Part shown: in pieces, positions 29,744 through 39,454 of the stretch | How the letters are laid out: each line of letters opens with the position of its first letter | Numbering within the stretch: position 1 is the stretch's first letter | Source of the DNA: an uncultured Gemmatimonadales bacterium | GTDB lineage: Bacteria > Gemmatimonadota > Gemmatimonadetes > Gemmatimonadales > GWC2-71-9 | Direction: 5' to 3' | DNA: 64,000 nt | NCBI GenBank assembly: GCA_963695555.1 | Contig: CAVOGR010000007.1 | Span: 288,001 to 352,000 of the forward strand | The notes under the pieces: model-generated | Told to the model about the DNA's origin: nothing | Databases searched by the model: none | Seen by the model: only the letters and a program-made list of their open reading frames with translations | Program-made: the position numbers and the translations under genes

Positions 29744-29854
29744 GCCTGGCCGAACCGCCCACAACGCAGTGAGCTGGGCTCCATGCGTTGCCCTCCGCTC
29801 CGCGTCACCTGCGCCAACATCATGACCGCCGTACCCATTCCTTGAGGTGACCCC

Positions 29855-30721
29855 ATGTTAGCCACCGAGATCCTCGACTTCACGCTCCTGACCCTGAGCG
29901 GGACCCCCGTAACCGTGGGGACCGTCATCACCGCCGTGGTGATCCTCATCGTCGCGTGGTGGGTGTCGCGCGGACTCCAGCGTGCCATCGGTCGTGCGCT
30001 CCAGCGGCGGACCGTGGCCGAGGGAAGCATCACGGTCATCACCCGCCTGGTTCACTATGCCGTCATCTTCGTCGGGATTGGGATTGCGCTCGACACCATC
30101 GGCTTCAGCCTCGGCGCCCTGTTCGCCGCGGGTGCCGTGTTCGCCGTGGGGATCGGCTTTGCCATGCAGAACATCGCCCAGAATTTCATGTCGGGCGTCA
30201 TCCTGCTGGTCGAGCGATCCATCAAGCCCGGTGACGTGCTGGAGGTCGAAGGGAAGGTGGTCCGTGTCGGACGCATGGGCATTCGCACGACGATCGCCCA
30301 AACCCGCGATGACGAGGAATTGATCGTTCCCAATTCGATTCTGGTCCAGGGAACCGTCAAGAACTATACCTTACAGGACTCCATCTACCGGCTACGAGCC
30401 CTGGTCGGCGTGGTCTACAGCTCGGATATGCGGCTGGTGTTGGAGCAATTGACCCGCGTTGCGAACGAGCAACCGTGGCGGAGCAGCCGGCGGGACCCGC
30501 GCGTTCTCATGACCAACTTCGGCGATTCCTCGGTGAACTTCGACGTGTCGGTGTGGATGGACAACCCATGGGAAGCGCCGATGGCGCTGTCACAACTCCA
30601 CCAGGCCATCTGGTGGGCCCTCAAGGAAAACGGGATCACCATCGCGTTCCCGCAGCTCGACGTGCACCTCGACCGAGACCTGACCGAGCCGATCGCCAGG
30701 CTGGCGACGAGGGCCGCGTAG
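29855..30721 (+). CDS. mscS: Small-conductance mechanosensitive channel
   Basis: GIGFAMQNIAQNFMSG...ERSIKPGD...VPNS...IAFPQLDVH. Confidence 0.92.
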   Translation: MLATEILDFTLLTLSGTPVTVGTVITAVVILIVAWWVSRGLQRAIGRALQRRTVAEGSITVITRLVHYAVIFVGIGIALDTIGFSLGALFAAGAVFAVGIGFAMQNIAQNFMSGVILLVERSIKPGDVLEVEGKVVRVGRMGIRTTIAQTRDDEELIVPNSILVQGTVKNYTLQDSIYRLRALVGVVYSSDMRLVLEQLTRVANEQPWRSSRRDPRVLMTNFGDSSVNFDVSVWMDNPWEAPMALSQLHQAIWWALKENGITIAFPQLDVHLDRDLTEPIARLATRAA

Positions 30722-30784
30722 GGCAACGCGGCGCCCGTCACGTACCGGCGCACACAATTCACTCTTCGGGAGGTTCGATACCGG

Positions 30785-31892
30785 ATGCCGAAACATGCAC
30801 GCACAAAGAAGTTCTTTGAGAAGCGGCACCCACCGGTCGGCGCGCGCCCCGGCACCCTGGTAATCCCGGTCGGCGCCGCCCGCCCCCGGATCTCGGTGTT
30901 CGACTACACGCTCGAGGAGGTGGCCGAGGTCGAGATCGGGCAGGTCGGCGACTTGAAGCCGTACCTGGACCGCGATTCGGTCACCTGGGTCAACGTGGAG
31001 GGGCTCGGGGACGAGGCCGTGTTGCAGGAGATTGCCGAACTCTTTCAGCTCCACCCGTTGTTGATCGAGGACGTGGTCAATGCCCCGCAGCGGCCCAAAG
31101 TGGAGTCGTATGGTGACCTGCTTCTCTTGATCACCCGCATGATCATGGTTCAGAGCGACGACGGCGCCCAGGTCGACGCCGAGCAGGTGAGCATCATCCT
31201 GGGCAAGCGGTACGTGCTGACGTTTCAGGAAAAGCCGGGGGACGTGTTCGACCCGCTTCGGGCCCGCATCCACCGCGGGCTCGGCGCGATCCGGCGTTCC
31301 GGGACCGATTACCTGGCCTATGCGATCCTGGATACCGTCATCGACGCCTACTACCCCGCCCTGGAGCAAATCGGCGAATATGTGGAAGAGCTGGAAACAG
31401 AGGTCGTGGAGTCGCCTACCAAGGCCACCATCAGCCGGATCTACGACCTCAAGCGCCAGCTCCTGACCATTCGTCGCGCCGTGTGGCCGCAGCGGGACAT
31501 GCTCAACCGCATGATCCACGAAGAGGAGGCCTTCTCCGAACCCGTGCGGGTGTACCTACGCGATTGCTACGACCATTGCGTCCAGGCGGGCGATATCATC
31601 GAGTCGTACCGGGAAATGGCCGGCGGCCTGCTCGACGTCTATCTCTCGAGCGTGAGCAACCGCATGAACGAAGTCATGAAGGTCCTCACCATCATGGCGA
31701 GCATCTTCATCCCGCTGACGTTCATCGCGGGCGTCTACGGCATGAATTTCGAGTTCATGCCCGAACTGCATCACCGCCTGGCCTACCCGATTCTCCTCAC
31801 GATCATGATTTGTCACGGCGGGAGCCATGATCTGGTACTTCCAGCGCCGCGGCTGGATCAGCACCGGGAAGGAGCGGGACCCGGACCGGTAG
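30785..31892 (+). CDS. corA: Magnesium/cobalt transporter CorA (one extra T near 31810 shifts the last TM helix)
   Basis: HPLLIEDV...QRPK, MNEVMKVLT and YGMNF motifs; removing one T restores IVTAGAMIWYFQRRGWI with a stop at 31892. Confidence 0.9.
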
Positions 31893-31901
31893 CGCTTTCC
31901 A

Positions 31902-31930
31902 CGGGGGGCGCGGCTCCGCCGCGCCCCCCG
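31902..31930. terminator. Hairpin between convergent corA and OmpA genes
   Basis: CGGGGGGCGCGGC-TCC-GCCGCGCCCCCCG; its position supports the corrected corA stop at 31892. Confidence 0.6.
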
Positions 31931-31939
31931 CTCTCCACC

Positions 31940-33127
31940 CTATTGCTTGACGATCTCGACTCGTCGGTTCTGCGCCCGTCCCTCGGGCGTCGCGTTGGGC
32001 TGGGCCGGCTTGGTGTCGCCGAACCCCTGGGCGGTGATCCGGCCCGCGTCGATGCCGAAATCCGTAACCAGCGCGTCCTTGACAGCCGCCGCTCGGGCTT
32101 CGCTCAGCGTCAGGTTGCTCGCGGCGTTGCCAACGTTGTCGGTGTGGCCTTCGATCAGGACCTTGAGGTCGTCGTGATCCTTCAGCGTGGACGCGATCTC
32201 CTTGAGGACCGGCCGCGACTCGGGCTTGAGGTCGGACTTGCCGGTCTCGAACAGAATGCCCTGGGTTGACCAGCGCCCCTTGGCGGCGAGGGCGTCGTAG
32301 AGGACGTCCGTCTCGCTTTCGGCGACCCGTATCTGCGCCAGGTACACGGCGTTCTGCTCGTCTTCGCGACCGCCCAGGTACACATGGATGACGGAGTCAC
32401 GCTTGAAGGCGAGTTCCGGAATGTTGTAGAGCCGTCGCTCGTTGGTGTAAAGCTTGAAGTAGGCCCCGTCCATGAGCACACGGACGTGGGATAACTTCCC
32501 CAGCAGCTGCCCTTGCATCGCGTCCGGAATCTTCACGGTGCTGTTCCCGAAATTCTGTCCGCTGCCACTTAGGGACATACTTTGGTGGTGCCAGAAGACC
32601 GCCACGTTCGGCTCGCTATGGCCGCTTCCCTGGCCTCCATCGAACCGCAATTCCTCGCCCGCGCAGCAGTTCGAGTTGCGGGCGACGAAATCGAACTCCA
32701 AGGTGAAGCGCTGTGGCAGCGTGCCGCCCAGCGGTATCAGGAATTCAGCGTTACCGGCGGCGCGTAGCATGCGGACGCCATCCCGCTCGACCACGTCCAT
32801 GGGTCCGCTCACGTACTTGAGCCGTCGCGCGAAGTTCCCGACCTTGTCCTCGCTGAAGTCGGTGTAGAACAGCACCTTGTTGCCTGGGACGAAGTCGTAG
32901 TTGTCCCAGACCTTGGGATCCGTACGAGCCGCGCCTTTGGACTCGTCCGCTGGCGCTTGGGATTCCGCCGGCTCGGCGGGCGGTGGCTGGACCTTGGTTT
33001 GGACCGCCTTCTTGGCCGCGTCCTTGAGTTTCCTGGGGATCTGACCGTCGAGGTGCGGGGGAGCGAGGGTGGCGAGGGCGGCGAGGCAGACGAGGAGCAG
33101 AGCAGTACAGGGGAATCGGGTCTGCAT
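31940..33127 (-). CDS. OmpA-family peptidoglycan-binding domain protein
   Basis: Signal peptide, YDFVPG..VLF..DF, C-terminal F.TGKS...IEGHTDN.G....N..LSEARA...NRRVEI; GGAGG RBS before 33127. Confidence 0.9.
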   Translation of the reverse strand: MQTRFPCTALLLVCLAALATLAPPHLDGQIPRKLKDAAKKAVQTKVQPPPAEPAESQAPADESKGAARTDPKVWDNYDFVPGNKVLFYTDFSEDKVGNFARRLKYVSGPMDVVERDGVRMLRAAGNAEFLIPLGGTLPQRFTLEFDFVARNSNCCAGEELRFDGGQGSGHSEPNVAVFWHHQSMSLSGSGQNFGNSTVKIPDAMQGQLLGKLSHVRVLMDGAYFKLYTNERRLYNIPELAFKRDSVIHVYLGGREDEQNAVYLAQIRVAESETDVLYDALAAKGRWSTQGILFETGKSDLKPESRPVLKEIASTLKDHDDLKVLIEGHTDNVGNAASNLTLSEARAAAVKDALVTDFGIDAGRITAQGFGDTKPAQPNATPEGRAQNRRVEIVKQ

Positions 33128-33418
33128 GGTACCTCCGGGGCGGTCGATACGACCTGAAACGCAACGCCCCCGGCCTCGACCGCATGGAGTGGCGGCTTTG
33201 AACCGGGGGTAAAGTCCGCCCCTTCGGATCCGAGGGCGGTCTTCGGCGAATATCGGGGCGCGGCCACCGGGCCGCAAGCGGGTCGGATAGGTTTCTTTCG
33301 GGGAACGAAGGCTCGTGACCGATTGGAGGCGCTAAGTCGAGTCCACACCCGAAAAACCCAACCCAAGGATGGCCTTCAGGAAAGGGTGTTAGCTCGTTGA
33401 CGCCTAATTGGACGTGAC

Positions 33419-33553
33419 GGCCTCAAGGACCTGTGCCACCTGGGCGGGTGGAAGGAGTCGCAGACCATCCTCAAGTGCTACCAGCAGGTCGACGAAGTCA
33501 CCATGCGTCAGGCGCTCGAGGGGCGGAAGCGGATCGCAGTGCTCGGCAGCTAG
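33419..33553 (+). pseudogene. C-terminal relic of a tyrosine recombinase/integrase
   Basis: GLKDLCHLGGWKESQTILKCYQQVDEVTMRQALE matches the box-II LG(H/GW)...T..Y region; no start, upstream in-frame stop; points at the tRNA 3' end. Confidence 0.65.
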
Positions 33554-33671
33554 CCCGCCAATCGACACAGCAATCGACACACCCCGGCCCAGCTCCGGGA
33601 AAACGAAACCCCGTCAGCCGTTCAGGCCAACGGGGTAAACCGTTCCCTTCTCACTCCTCACTGGTGTTGAG

Positions 33672-33746
<75 letters not shown>

Positions 33747-33847
33747 AACATCGACAGCCGCTACACCGGGCGGCCGTGGGACGGGCACGATAGCCAGCCA
33801 CCTGGCCGATGGCAACCCGCGCCACTCCCTACTCCCTACTCCCTGCT

Positions 33848-34114
33848 TCACTGATCCCAATCTTCGCGCTCGCGCCCGCGGCGCCGCGGCACGAAGCTCT
33901 CTTCCTCCTCCTCGTCTTCGTACTCCTCGTACTCGCTCTCCCACTCGTCGTCCTCATCCTCGAGATCGTCGTCGTCATCCAGCTCGTCCAGCTCGTCCTC
34001 GTCCTCATCCTCGTCTTCATCCTCGTCCAACACATCCAGCTCATCCACGTCCTCATCATCATCAGGTTTCCGACGGAGTCGGACAAGCTCCATCGACGTC
34101 TCCCAGGACAACAT
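33848..34114 (-). CDS. Small hyperacidic protein (88 aa)
   Basis: GGAGGAG RBS; about 50 D/E residues flanked by basic RLRRK and RRRGR patches. Confidence 0.65.
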   Translation of the reverse strand: MLSWETSMELVRLRRKPDDDEDVDELDVLDEDEDEDEDEDELDELDDDDDLEDEDDEWESEYEEYEDEEEEESFVPRRRGREREDWDQ

Positions 34115-34165
34115 GGTCTCCTCCGGTGAAGTGGCACAATCTGGGACACCAACAAGCATGAGAGC

Positions 34166-36022
34166 CTACCCTCCAACCGCCCGGGTATCCCGGGCGGCCC
34201 TGCGCCGGTCATTGGCGCGCAACAACCGCTTGCGTAACCGAATGGACTTCGGGGTGATCTCGATCAACTCGTCTTCCTCGATATACTCGAGCGCATACTC
34301 CAGCGTGATCAGCCGCGGCGGCTCGAGCACGACCTGCTCGTCGGACGCGGTGGTCCGCATGTTGGTCAACTTCTTTTCCTTGGACGGGTTGACCTCCATG
34401 TCGTCGACCCGTGAGTTCTCCCCCACGATCATCCCCTCATAGAACCGGTCGCCCGGTGTGACGAACAGGGTGGCCCGTTCCTGGAGATTGCCCAAGGCAA
34501 ATGCAACTACCGTGCCCTCGCGATCGGCCACGAGGACCCCGCGCGACCGCCCGGCGAGCGGACCCGCCCATGGGCCGTACTCGAAGAAGCGGTGATGCAG
34601 GGTGCCCAAGCCGCGCGTGTCGGTCAGGAACTCGGACCGATAGCCGAACAGCCCGCGGGCCGGAAGTGTGAAACGCAGCCGCACCATGCCGGAGCCGGAG
34701 TTCTTCATGTCCACCAGCTCGCACCGCCTCGGCCCGAGGTGTTCCATCACCACGCCCATATACTGCTCGGCCACATCGACCGTCAACTCCTCGTAGGGCT
34801 CCATCAGCCGCCCGTTGGCATCTTCCCTGGTGATGACCCGGGGACGCGACACCTGGAACTCATACCCTTCCCGGCGCATGGTCTCCATCAGGATCGCGAG
34901 GTGGAGCTCGCCGCGGCCGGATACTTTGAAGGAATCGGGGCTGTCGGTCTCCTCGACCCGAAGCGCCACATTCCGTTCCGCTTCCCTGAACAACCGCTCC
35001 CGAAGCTGCCGGCTGGTGATGTACTTCCCGTCGCGGCCGGCGAAGGGGCTCTGGTTGACCACGAAGTCGACCGAGATAGTGGGCTCCTCCACCGCGATGC
35101 CCTCGAGTCGCTCGGGATGCTCGACCGCGGTGAGGGTCGTGCCGATCTCCAAGTCGTCGAACCCGGCGAGCACGATGATGTCTCCGGCCGACGCGTCCTC
35201 GACCTCGACCCGGTGCAACCCATCGAAGGTGTAGAGCCTGGTGATGCGATCCCGCTCCCCCTCTTCATCGGTCACCATCCCGGGAGCGCCGAGCGGCAAC
35301 AGCAGCACCTCGTCGCCCACGGCGAGGCGGCCGCGTTCGATGCGGCCGATGCCGAGTCGTCCGAGGAACGAGGAGAAGTCGAGGGTCGAAATCAGCATCT
35401 GGAACGGGCCCTCGGGGTCGCCGCTGGGCGGGGGCACGTGGCGCAGGATGGTCTCGAACAGGGGCACCAGGTCGGTGCCCGGCTGCCGCAGATCGGTGGT
35501 GGCGGTGCCGTCGCGGCTCACCGTGTACAGGAACGGCGCGTCGAGCTGCTCCGGCGAGGCGTCGAGATCCAGGAACAGCTGGAGCACTTCATCATGGACC
35601 CGGAGCGGCTCCGCATCGGACCGGTCGATCTTGTTGACGCAGACGATGGGGTGGAGCCCCAGGTCCAGCGCCTTCCGGGTCACGAACCGGGTCTGCGGCA
35701 TGGGCCCTTCGGCCGCGTCCACCAACAGGAGGACGCCGTTGACCATGCGGAGGATCCGCTCGACCTCGCCACCGAAGTCGGCATGGCCGGGCGTGTCCAC
35801 GATGTTGATCTTGGTGTCGTTCCACCGGACGGCCGTGTTCTTGGACAGAATGGTGATCCCGCGCTCACGCTCAAGCGGGTTCGAGTCCATCACCCGTTCC
35901 TGTACCGCCTGGTTGGCCCGGAAGGCACCTGCTTGGCGAAGCATCTTGTCGACCAAGGTGGTCTTCCCATGGTCGACGTGCGCGATGATCGCGAGGTTCC
36001 TGGTGTTGTGAGTTCCTACCAC
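34166..36022 (-). CDS. typA: Translational GTPase TypA/BipA
   Basis: [50 protein letters not shown]. Confidence 0.97.
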   Translation of the reverse strand: MVGTHNTRNLAIIAHVDHGKTTLVDKMLRQAGAFRANQAVQERVMDSNPLERERGITILSKNTAVRWNDTKINIVDTPGHADFGGEVERILRMVNGVLLLVDAAEGPMPQTRFVTRKALDLGLHPIVCVNKIDRSDAEPLRVHDEVLQLFLDLDASPEQLDAPFLYTVSRDGTATTDLRQPGTDLVPLFETILRHVPPPSGDPEGPFQMLISTLDFSSFLGRLGIGRIERGRLAVGDEVLLLPLGAPGMVTDEEGERDRITRLYTFDGLHRVEVEDASAGDIIVLAGFDDLEIGTTLTAVEHPERLEGIAVEEPTISVDFVVNQSPFAGRDGKYITSRQLRERLFREAERNVALRVEETDSPDSFKVSGRGELHLAILMETMRREGYEFQVSRPRVITREDANGRLMEPYEELTVDVAEQYMGVVMEHLGPRRCELVDMKNSGSGMVRLRFTLPARGLFGYRSEFLTDTRGLGTLHHRFFEYGPWAGPLAGRSRGVLVADREGTVVAFALGNLQERATLFVTPGDRFYEGMIVGENSRVDDMEVNPSKEKKLTNMRTTASDEQVVLEPPRLITLEYALEYIEEDELIEITPKSIRLRKRLLRANDRRRAARDTRAVGG

Positions 36023-36150
36023 AGCTCCCTACGCATCTCTCGTTGCCTGCCCTCGAGGCGTGCGACGAATGCCGCGCACGACCTCGTTCCCGCCCGGCAG
36101 GGCGGGCCGAGCGGCATATATAGTCAGGCGGGGAATCCGGGGCAAGACTG

Positions 36151-37140
36151 TCAGTGCCCGATTCTGCCCGCCTCGGCTCGAGCCGCCGGCGGCTCATCCA
36201 CACACGGGTCCACCTCGAGTTGGATCGTGACGTGGCCGATGCCCAATCCGTTCATCTCCGCGCGGACTTGGTCGAGCACCCCCGGGTGGGTGTCGAGGTC
36301 CGGTACGATCACGTGGCCACTCATCGCCACCATGCCGCTGGTGACGGTCCAGACGTGGAGGTCGTGCACGGCCCGCACACCGTCCACCGCCAGCATGCGG
36401 CGCTGGACCTCGGCCATGGAGACGTGACGCGGCACCGCCTCGAGCAACACGTCGGTACTTTCGCTCACCAGCCGCCAGGCGCCGACCAGGATCAAGAGCG
36501 ACAGCGCGATGGAGACGAGCGGATCGGCCAGGGTCCAGCCCGTGAGCAGGATGATGACCGCAGCGGTGAGCGCGCCGACCGACCCCAGCGCGTCGCCGAG
36601 GATGTGGAGATAGGCGCCCCGGGTGTTGAGGCTGCCGTGCCGCCGGTCGTGGAGCAGGGCCAGGGCCCAGAGGTTGATGAGCAGTCCGGCCGCGGCCACG
36701 GCCAGGAACAGCCCGGCCTTGATCTCGGGCGGCTCGCGGAACCGTCCAATCGCCTCGATGACTACCCACACAGTGATGCCAACCAGCACGGTTCCATTGA
36801 TGAACGCGGCCAGGATTTCCCAGCGGTGGTAGCCGTAGGTCTTGGTGTCGTCCGCGGGGCGCCGGGCGATCCAGGCGGTGAGGAGCGTCAGGCCGAGCGC
36901 TCCAGTATCGACCAGCATGTGGCCCGCGTCGGCGAGCAGGGCGAGCGACCCGCTCAGCCATCCACCGACCGCCTCCACCACCATGAAGGTGGCGGTCAGG
37001 ACGAACACGAACCGGAGGCGGCGCATGGTATTAGGGTCGGCCAGGGCGCGCGGCGAAACGTGGGCGCACGCCTGGAGGACGGGTGGATGGTCCGACGGCG
37101 GCACCCGGTCCGGGGCCGCGCGAGCGGGCGGAATCTTCAT
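36151..37140 (-). CDS. Cation diffusion facilitator (Zn/Co/Cd, CzcD/ZitB-like)
   Basis: SLALLADAGHM, TYGY.R.E, AYLHILGDALGS, VHDLHVW, HVTIQ; start uncertain (37027-37230). Confidence 0.92.
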   Translation of the reverse strand: MKIPPARAAPDRVPPSDHPPVLQACAHVSPRALADPNTMRRLRFVFVLTATFMVVEAVGGWLSGSLALLADAGHMLVDTGALGLTLLTAWIARRPADDTKTYGYHRWEILAAFINGTVLVGITVWVVIEAIGRFREPPEIKAGLFLAVAAAGLLINLWALALLHDRRHGSLNTRGAYLHILGDALGSVGALTAAVIILLTGWTLADPLVSIALSLLILVGAWRLVSESTDVLLEAVPRHVSMAEVQRRMLAVDGVRAVHDLHVWTVTSGMVAMSGHVIVPDLDTHPGVLDQVRAEMNGLGIGHVTIQLEVDPCVDEPPAARAEAGRIGH

Positions 37141-37214
37141 GGGACTCCCAGCAGGACTATCGGTCGGGGGCGTACCCTCCCCCTCACCGCCTAATGTGGC
37201 TAGTCTTCCCTCGT

Positions 37215-38543
37215 ATGGAAGACCCACCAACTATACCGATCGCGCTGGGCCTAGCCTCCGTCATCGTCCTGGTTCTCGCTAACGCGTACTTCGTGGCCGC
37301 GGAGTTCGCGCTGGTCGGGTCCCGCAAGACCCGCATCGAGGAGATGATCCGGCGGGGGAACAAGAAGGCGGTCCTGGCCAAGCGCGCCATCACGTCGCTC
37401 GACAAGTACATCTCGGCCACCCAACTCGGCATTACGATCTCATCGATCGGACTCGGCTGGATCGGTGAGCCGGCCCTAGCCGGCGGAATCGAGTGGATCT
37501 TCAGCTGGTTACCGGAGGCCGCCGCGTCCTTTGTTTCCCACACCGTCGCGGTGGCGATTGCCTTCGCCATCATCAGCGCGCTCCACATCATCCTGGGCGA
37601 GCTGGTCCCCAAGGCACTGGCCCTGCTATTCCCGGAGACGATCAGCCTCTGGATCTCCGGACCGCTCATTGTGTTCGCCTGGATCATGTACGTCCCTATT
37701 GCCGTGCTGAACGGGACGGCGAACTGGATCCTTCGCATCTTCAATATCGAGGCCCCGCACGAGGCCGAGCGGCTCCACTCACCGGAAGAGATCCGGATGC
37801 TGGTCGAGCAGAGCCAGGTCGGCGGGAGCATGGAACGCACCGATGCCCGGCTGCTCGAGGGCGTCTTCGAGTTCAGCGAGAAATCGGCCGAGGACGTGAT
37901 GACGCCGCGGACCCAGGTCGTGGCATTGTCCACTGAGCAGTCGCTGCTGGAGGCCGCGGACGAAGTGGCGCGCACCCGGCGCTCGCGCTATCCGGTATAC
38001 ACGACAACCCTCGACGAGGTGGTGGGAGTCGTCCACGCCAAGGACATTCTCACGGCTCTGCGGTCGACACCGGAGGCAACCGTCGGCACCATCATGCGGC
38101 CGCCGATCTTCGTGCCCGGCACCCGCGAGGTCGAGGACGTCCTTGCCGACATGAAGCGAGTCAAGAGCCATCTCGCCATCGTGCTGGACGAGTACGGTGG
38201 TACCGCCGGCCTGGTGACGATGGAGGATCTCCTCGAGGAGATCGTGGGCCCTATCTACGACGAGCACGACCGACAGGTCAAGGTCGTCGCCCCCTCCGCC
38301 GGCGGCGCCCCGCTGGTCGACGGCAGCATGCCCATCAATGAGTTCAACGCGGCCTACCACACCGACTTCGAGGACACGGACTACACCACGGTCGGCGGGC
38401 TCTTGTTCGGACAGCTCGGCCGGCTGCCCGAGCCCGGCGACCGGGTCAGCGTCAAGAAATACGTCTTCGAAATCGAGGAGATGGATGGACGGCGGGTGAA
38501 ATCGGTGCGCGTGTTCGGCATCGCCGGGGCCAAGTCCGGCTAG
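37215..38543 (+). CDS. HlyC/CorC family (CNNM/DUF21-CBS-CorC) transporter
   Basis: FVAAEFALV, QLGIT, GELVPK, VMTPR, DEYGGTAGLVTMEDLLEEIVG. Confidence 0.93.
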   Translation: MEDPPTIPIALGLASVIVLVLANAYFVAAEFALVGSRKTRIEEMIRRGNKKAVLAKRAITSLDKYISATQLGITISSIGLGWIGEPALAGGIEWIFSWLPEAAASFVSHTVAVAIAFAIISALHIILGELVPKALALLFPETISLWISGPLIVFAWIMYVPIAVLNGTANWILRIFNIEAPHEAERLHSPEEIRMLVEQSQVGGSMERTDARLLEGVFEFSEKSAEDVMTPRTQVVALSTEQSLLEAADEVARTRRSRYPVYTTTLDEVVGVVHAKDILTALRSTPEATVGTIMRPPIFVPGTREVEDVLADMKRVKSHLAIVLDEYGGTAGLVTMEDLLEEIVGPIYDEHDRQVKVVAPSAGGAPLVDGSMPINEFNAAYHTDFEDTDYTTVGGLLFGQLGRLPEPGDRVSVKKYVFEIEEMDGRRVKSVRVFGIAGAKSG

Positions 38544-39454
38544 CCTGCGCGGGCCCCCGCCCGGGTCGCCAGCCGGATGGCCAGTTGAATTGCCGCCAGC
38601 ATGCTCGCTGCATCCGCCGTACCCGTGCCGGCGATGTCGAACGCGGTCCCATGATCCGGCGCGGTGCGCGGAAAGGGCAGGCCCAGCGTCACGTTCACTC
38701 CCCGGCCGAATCCCGCCACCTTGACGGCCGTCATTCCCACGTCGTGATACGGTGTAATGACGGCGTCGAATTCCCCCCGCATGGCTCGGACGAACACCGT
38801 GTCGGCCGGCAGCGGCCCCGCGGCACCGAGTTCGACCGCCGCGGGCCGAAGCACGCGGTCATCCTCATCGCCAAACAGTCCCGATTCCCCGGCATGTGGG
38901 TTGAGGGCGCAGACGGCAAGGCGCGGGCGGTCGATTCCCCACCAATCACTCAGGCCGTCGAGCGTGAGCCTGCCCGTCCGGACGACTTTCTCCGTGGTGA
39001 CCAGGTCGGGGACGTCGCGGAGCGGGACGTGGGTCGTGACCAACACGACGCGTAGCCTGTCGGTGGCGAGCATCATGGCCACGTCCACGCCTGCCAGCTC
39101 GGCCAGCCACTCGGTGTGGCCTGGATAAGGGAACCCGGCGAGGTGGAGGGCGTGCTTGTGCGCCGGTCCGGTGACGATCGCGTCCACGTCTCCCGCCAGC
39201 GCCATCTTCGCCGCCTGCTCGACGGCATGACCCGCGATGCGGCCGGCGCGAACTGCCCTGCCCTGTCCGTCCTCCGAGCCGCCCCCGCTCCAGAGACCGG
39301 TCGAGACGCGGCGCGTGGCCGGCACGCCGGCGATCTGGTCTTCGGCCCCGATGACCACGATCTCCGCGTCCAACGGAGTGCTCAAGGCCCTGGCCGCGAT
39401 CTCGGGACCGATTCCACGCGGATCGCCCAGAGTCACCGCGACCCGTGGCGTCAC
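38540..39454 (-). CDS. pdxA: 4-hydroxythreonine-4-phosphate dehydrogenase
   Basis: GDPRGIGPE, GHTEWL, LNPHAGE, P.PADT.F, YHD.G, RTAPDHGTAFDIAG. Confidence 0.95.
   Translation of the reverse strand: MTPRVAVTLGDPRGIGPEIAARALSTPLDAEIVVIGAEDQIAGVPATRRVSTGLWSGGGSEDGQGRAVRAGRIAGHAVEQAAKMALAGDVDAIVTGPAHKHALHLAGFPYPGHTEWLAELAGVDVAMMLATDRLRVVLVTTHVPLRDVPDLVTTEKVVRTGRLTLDGLSDWWGIDRPRLAVCALNPHAGESGLFGDEDDRVLRPAAVELGAAGPLPADTVFVRAMRGEFDAVITPYHDVGMTAVKVAGFGRGVNVTLGLPFPRTAPDHGTAFDIAGTGTADAASMLAAIQLAIRLATRAGARAG

Noticed and set aside
30785..32269. 494-aa CorA with C-terminal extension overlapping the OmpA gene
   Set aside because: Explained by one extra T; the corrected stop at 31892 precedes a terminator hairpin.
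1..33671. Intact genomic island or prophage with a second att site
   Set aside because: No duplicate of the tRNA-Ile 3' end noticed by eye; no phage, conjugation or transposase genes.
34592..36427. Long antisense/alternate-frame ORFs (also 39445-41166, 42215-43702, 27060-28451, 2087-3412, 56422-57687)
   Set aside because: Shadows of well-supported genes in high-GC DNA, with no recognisable motifs.
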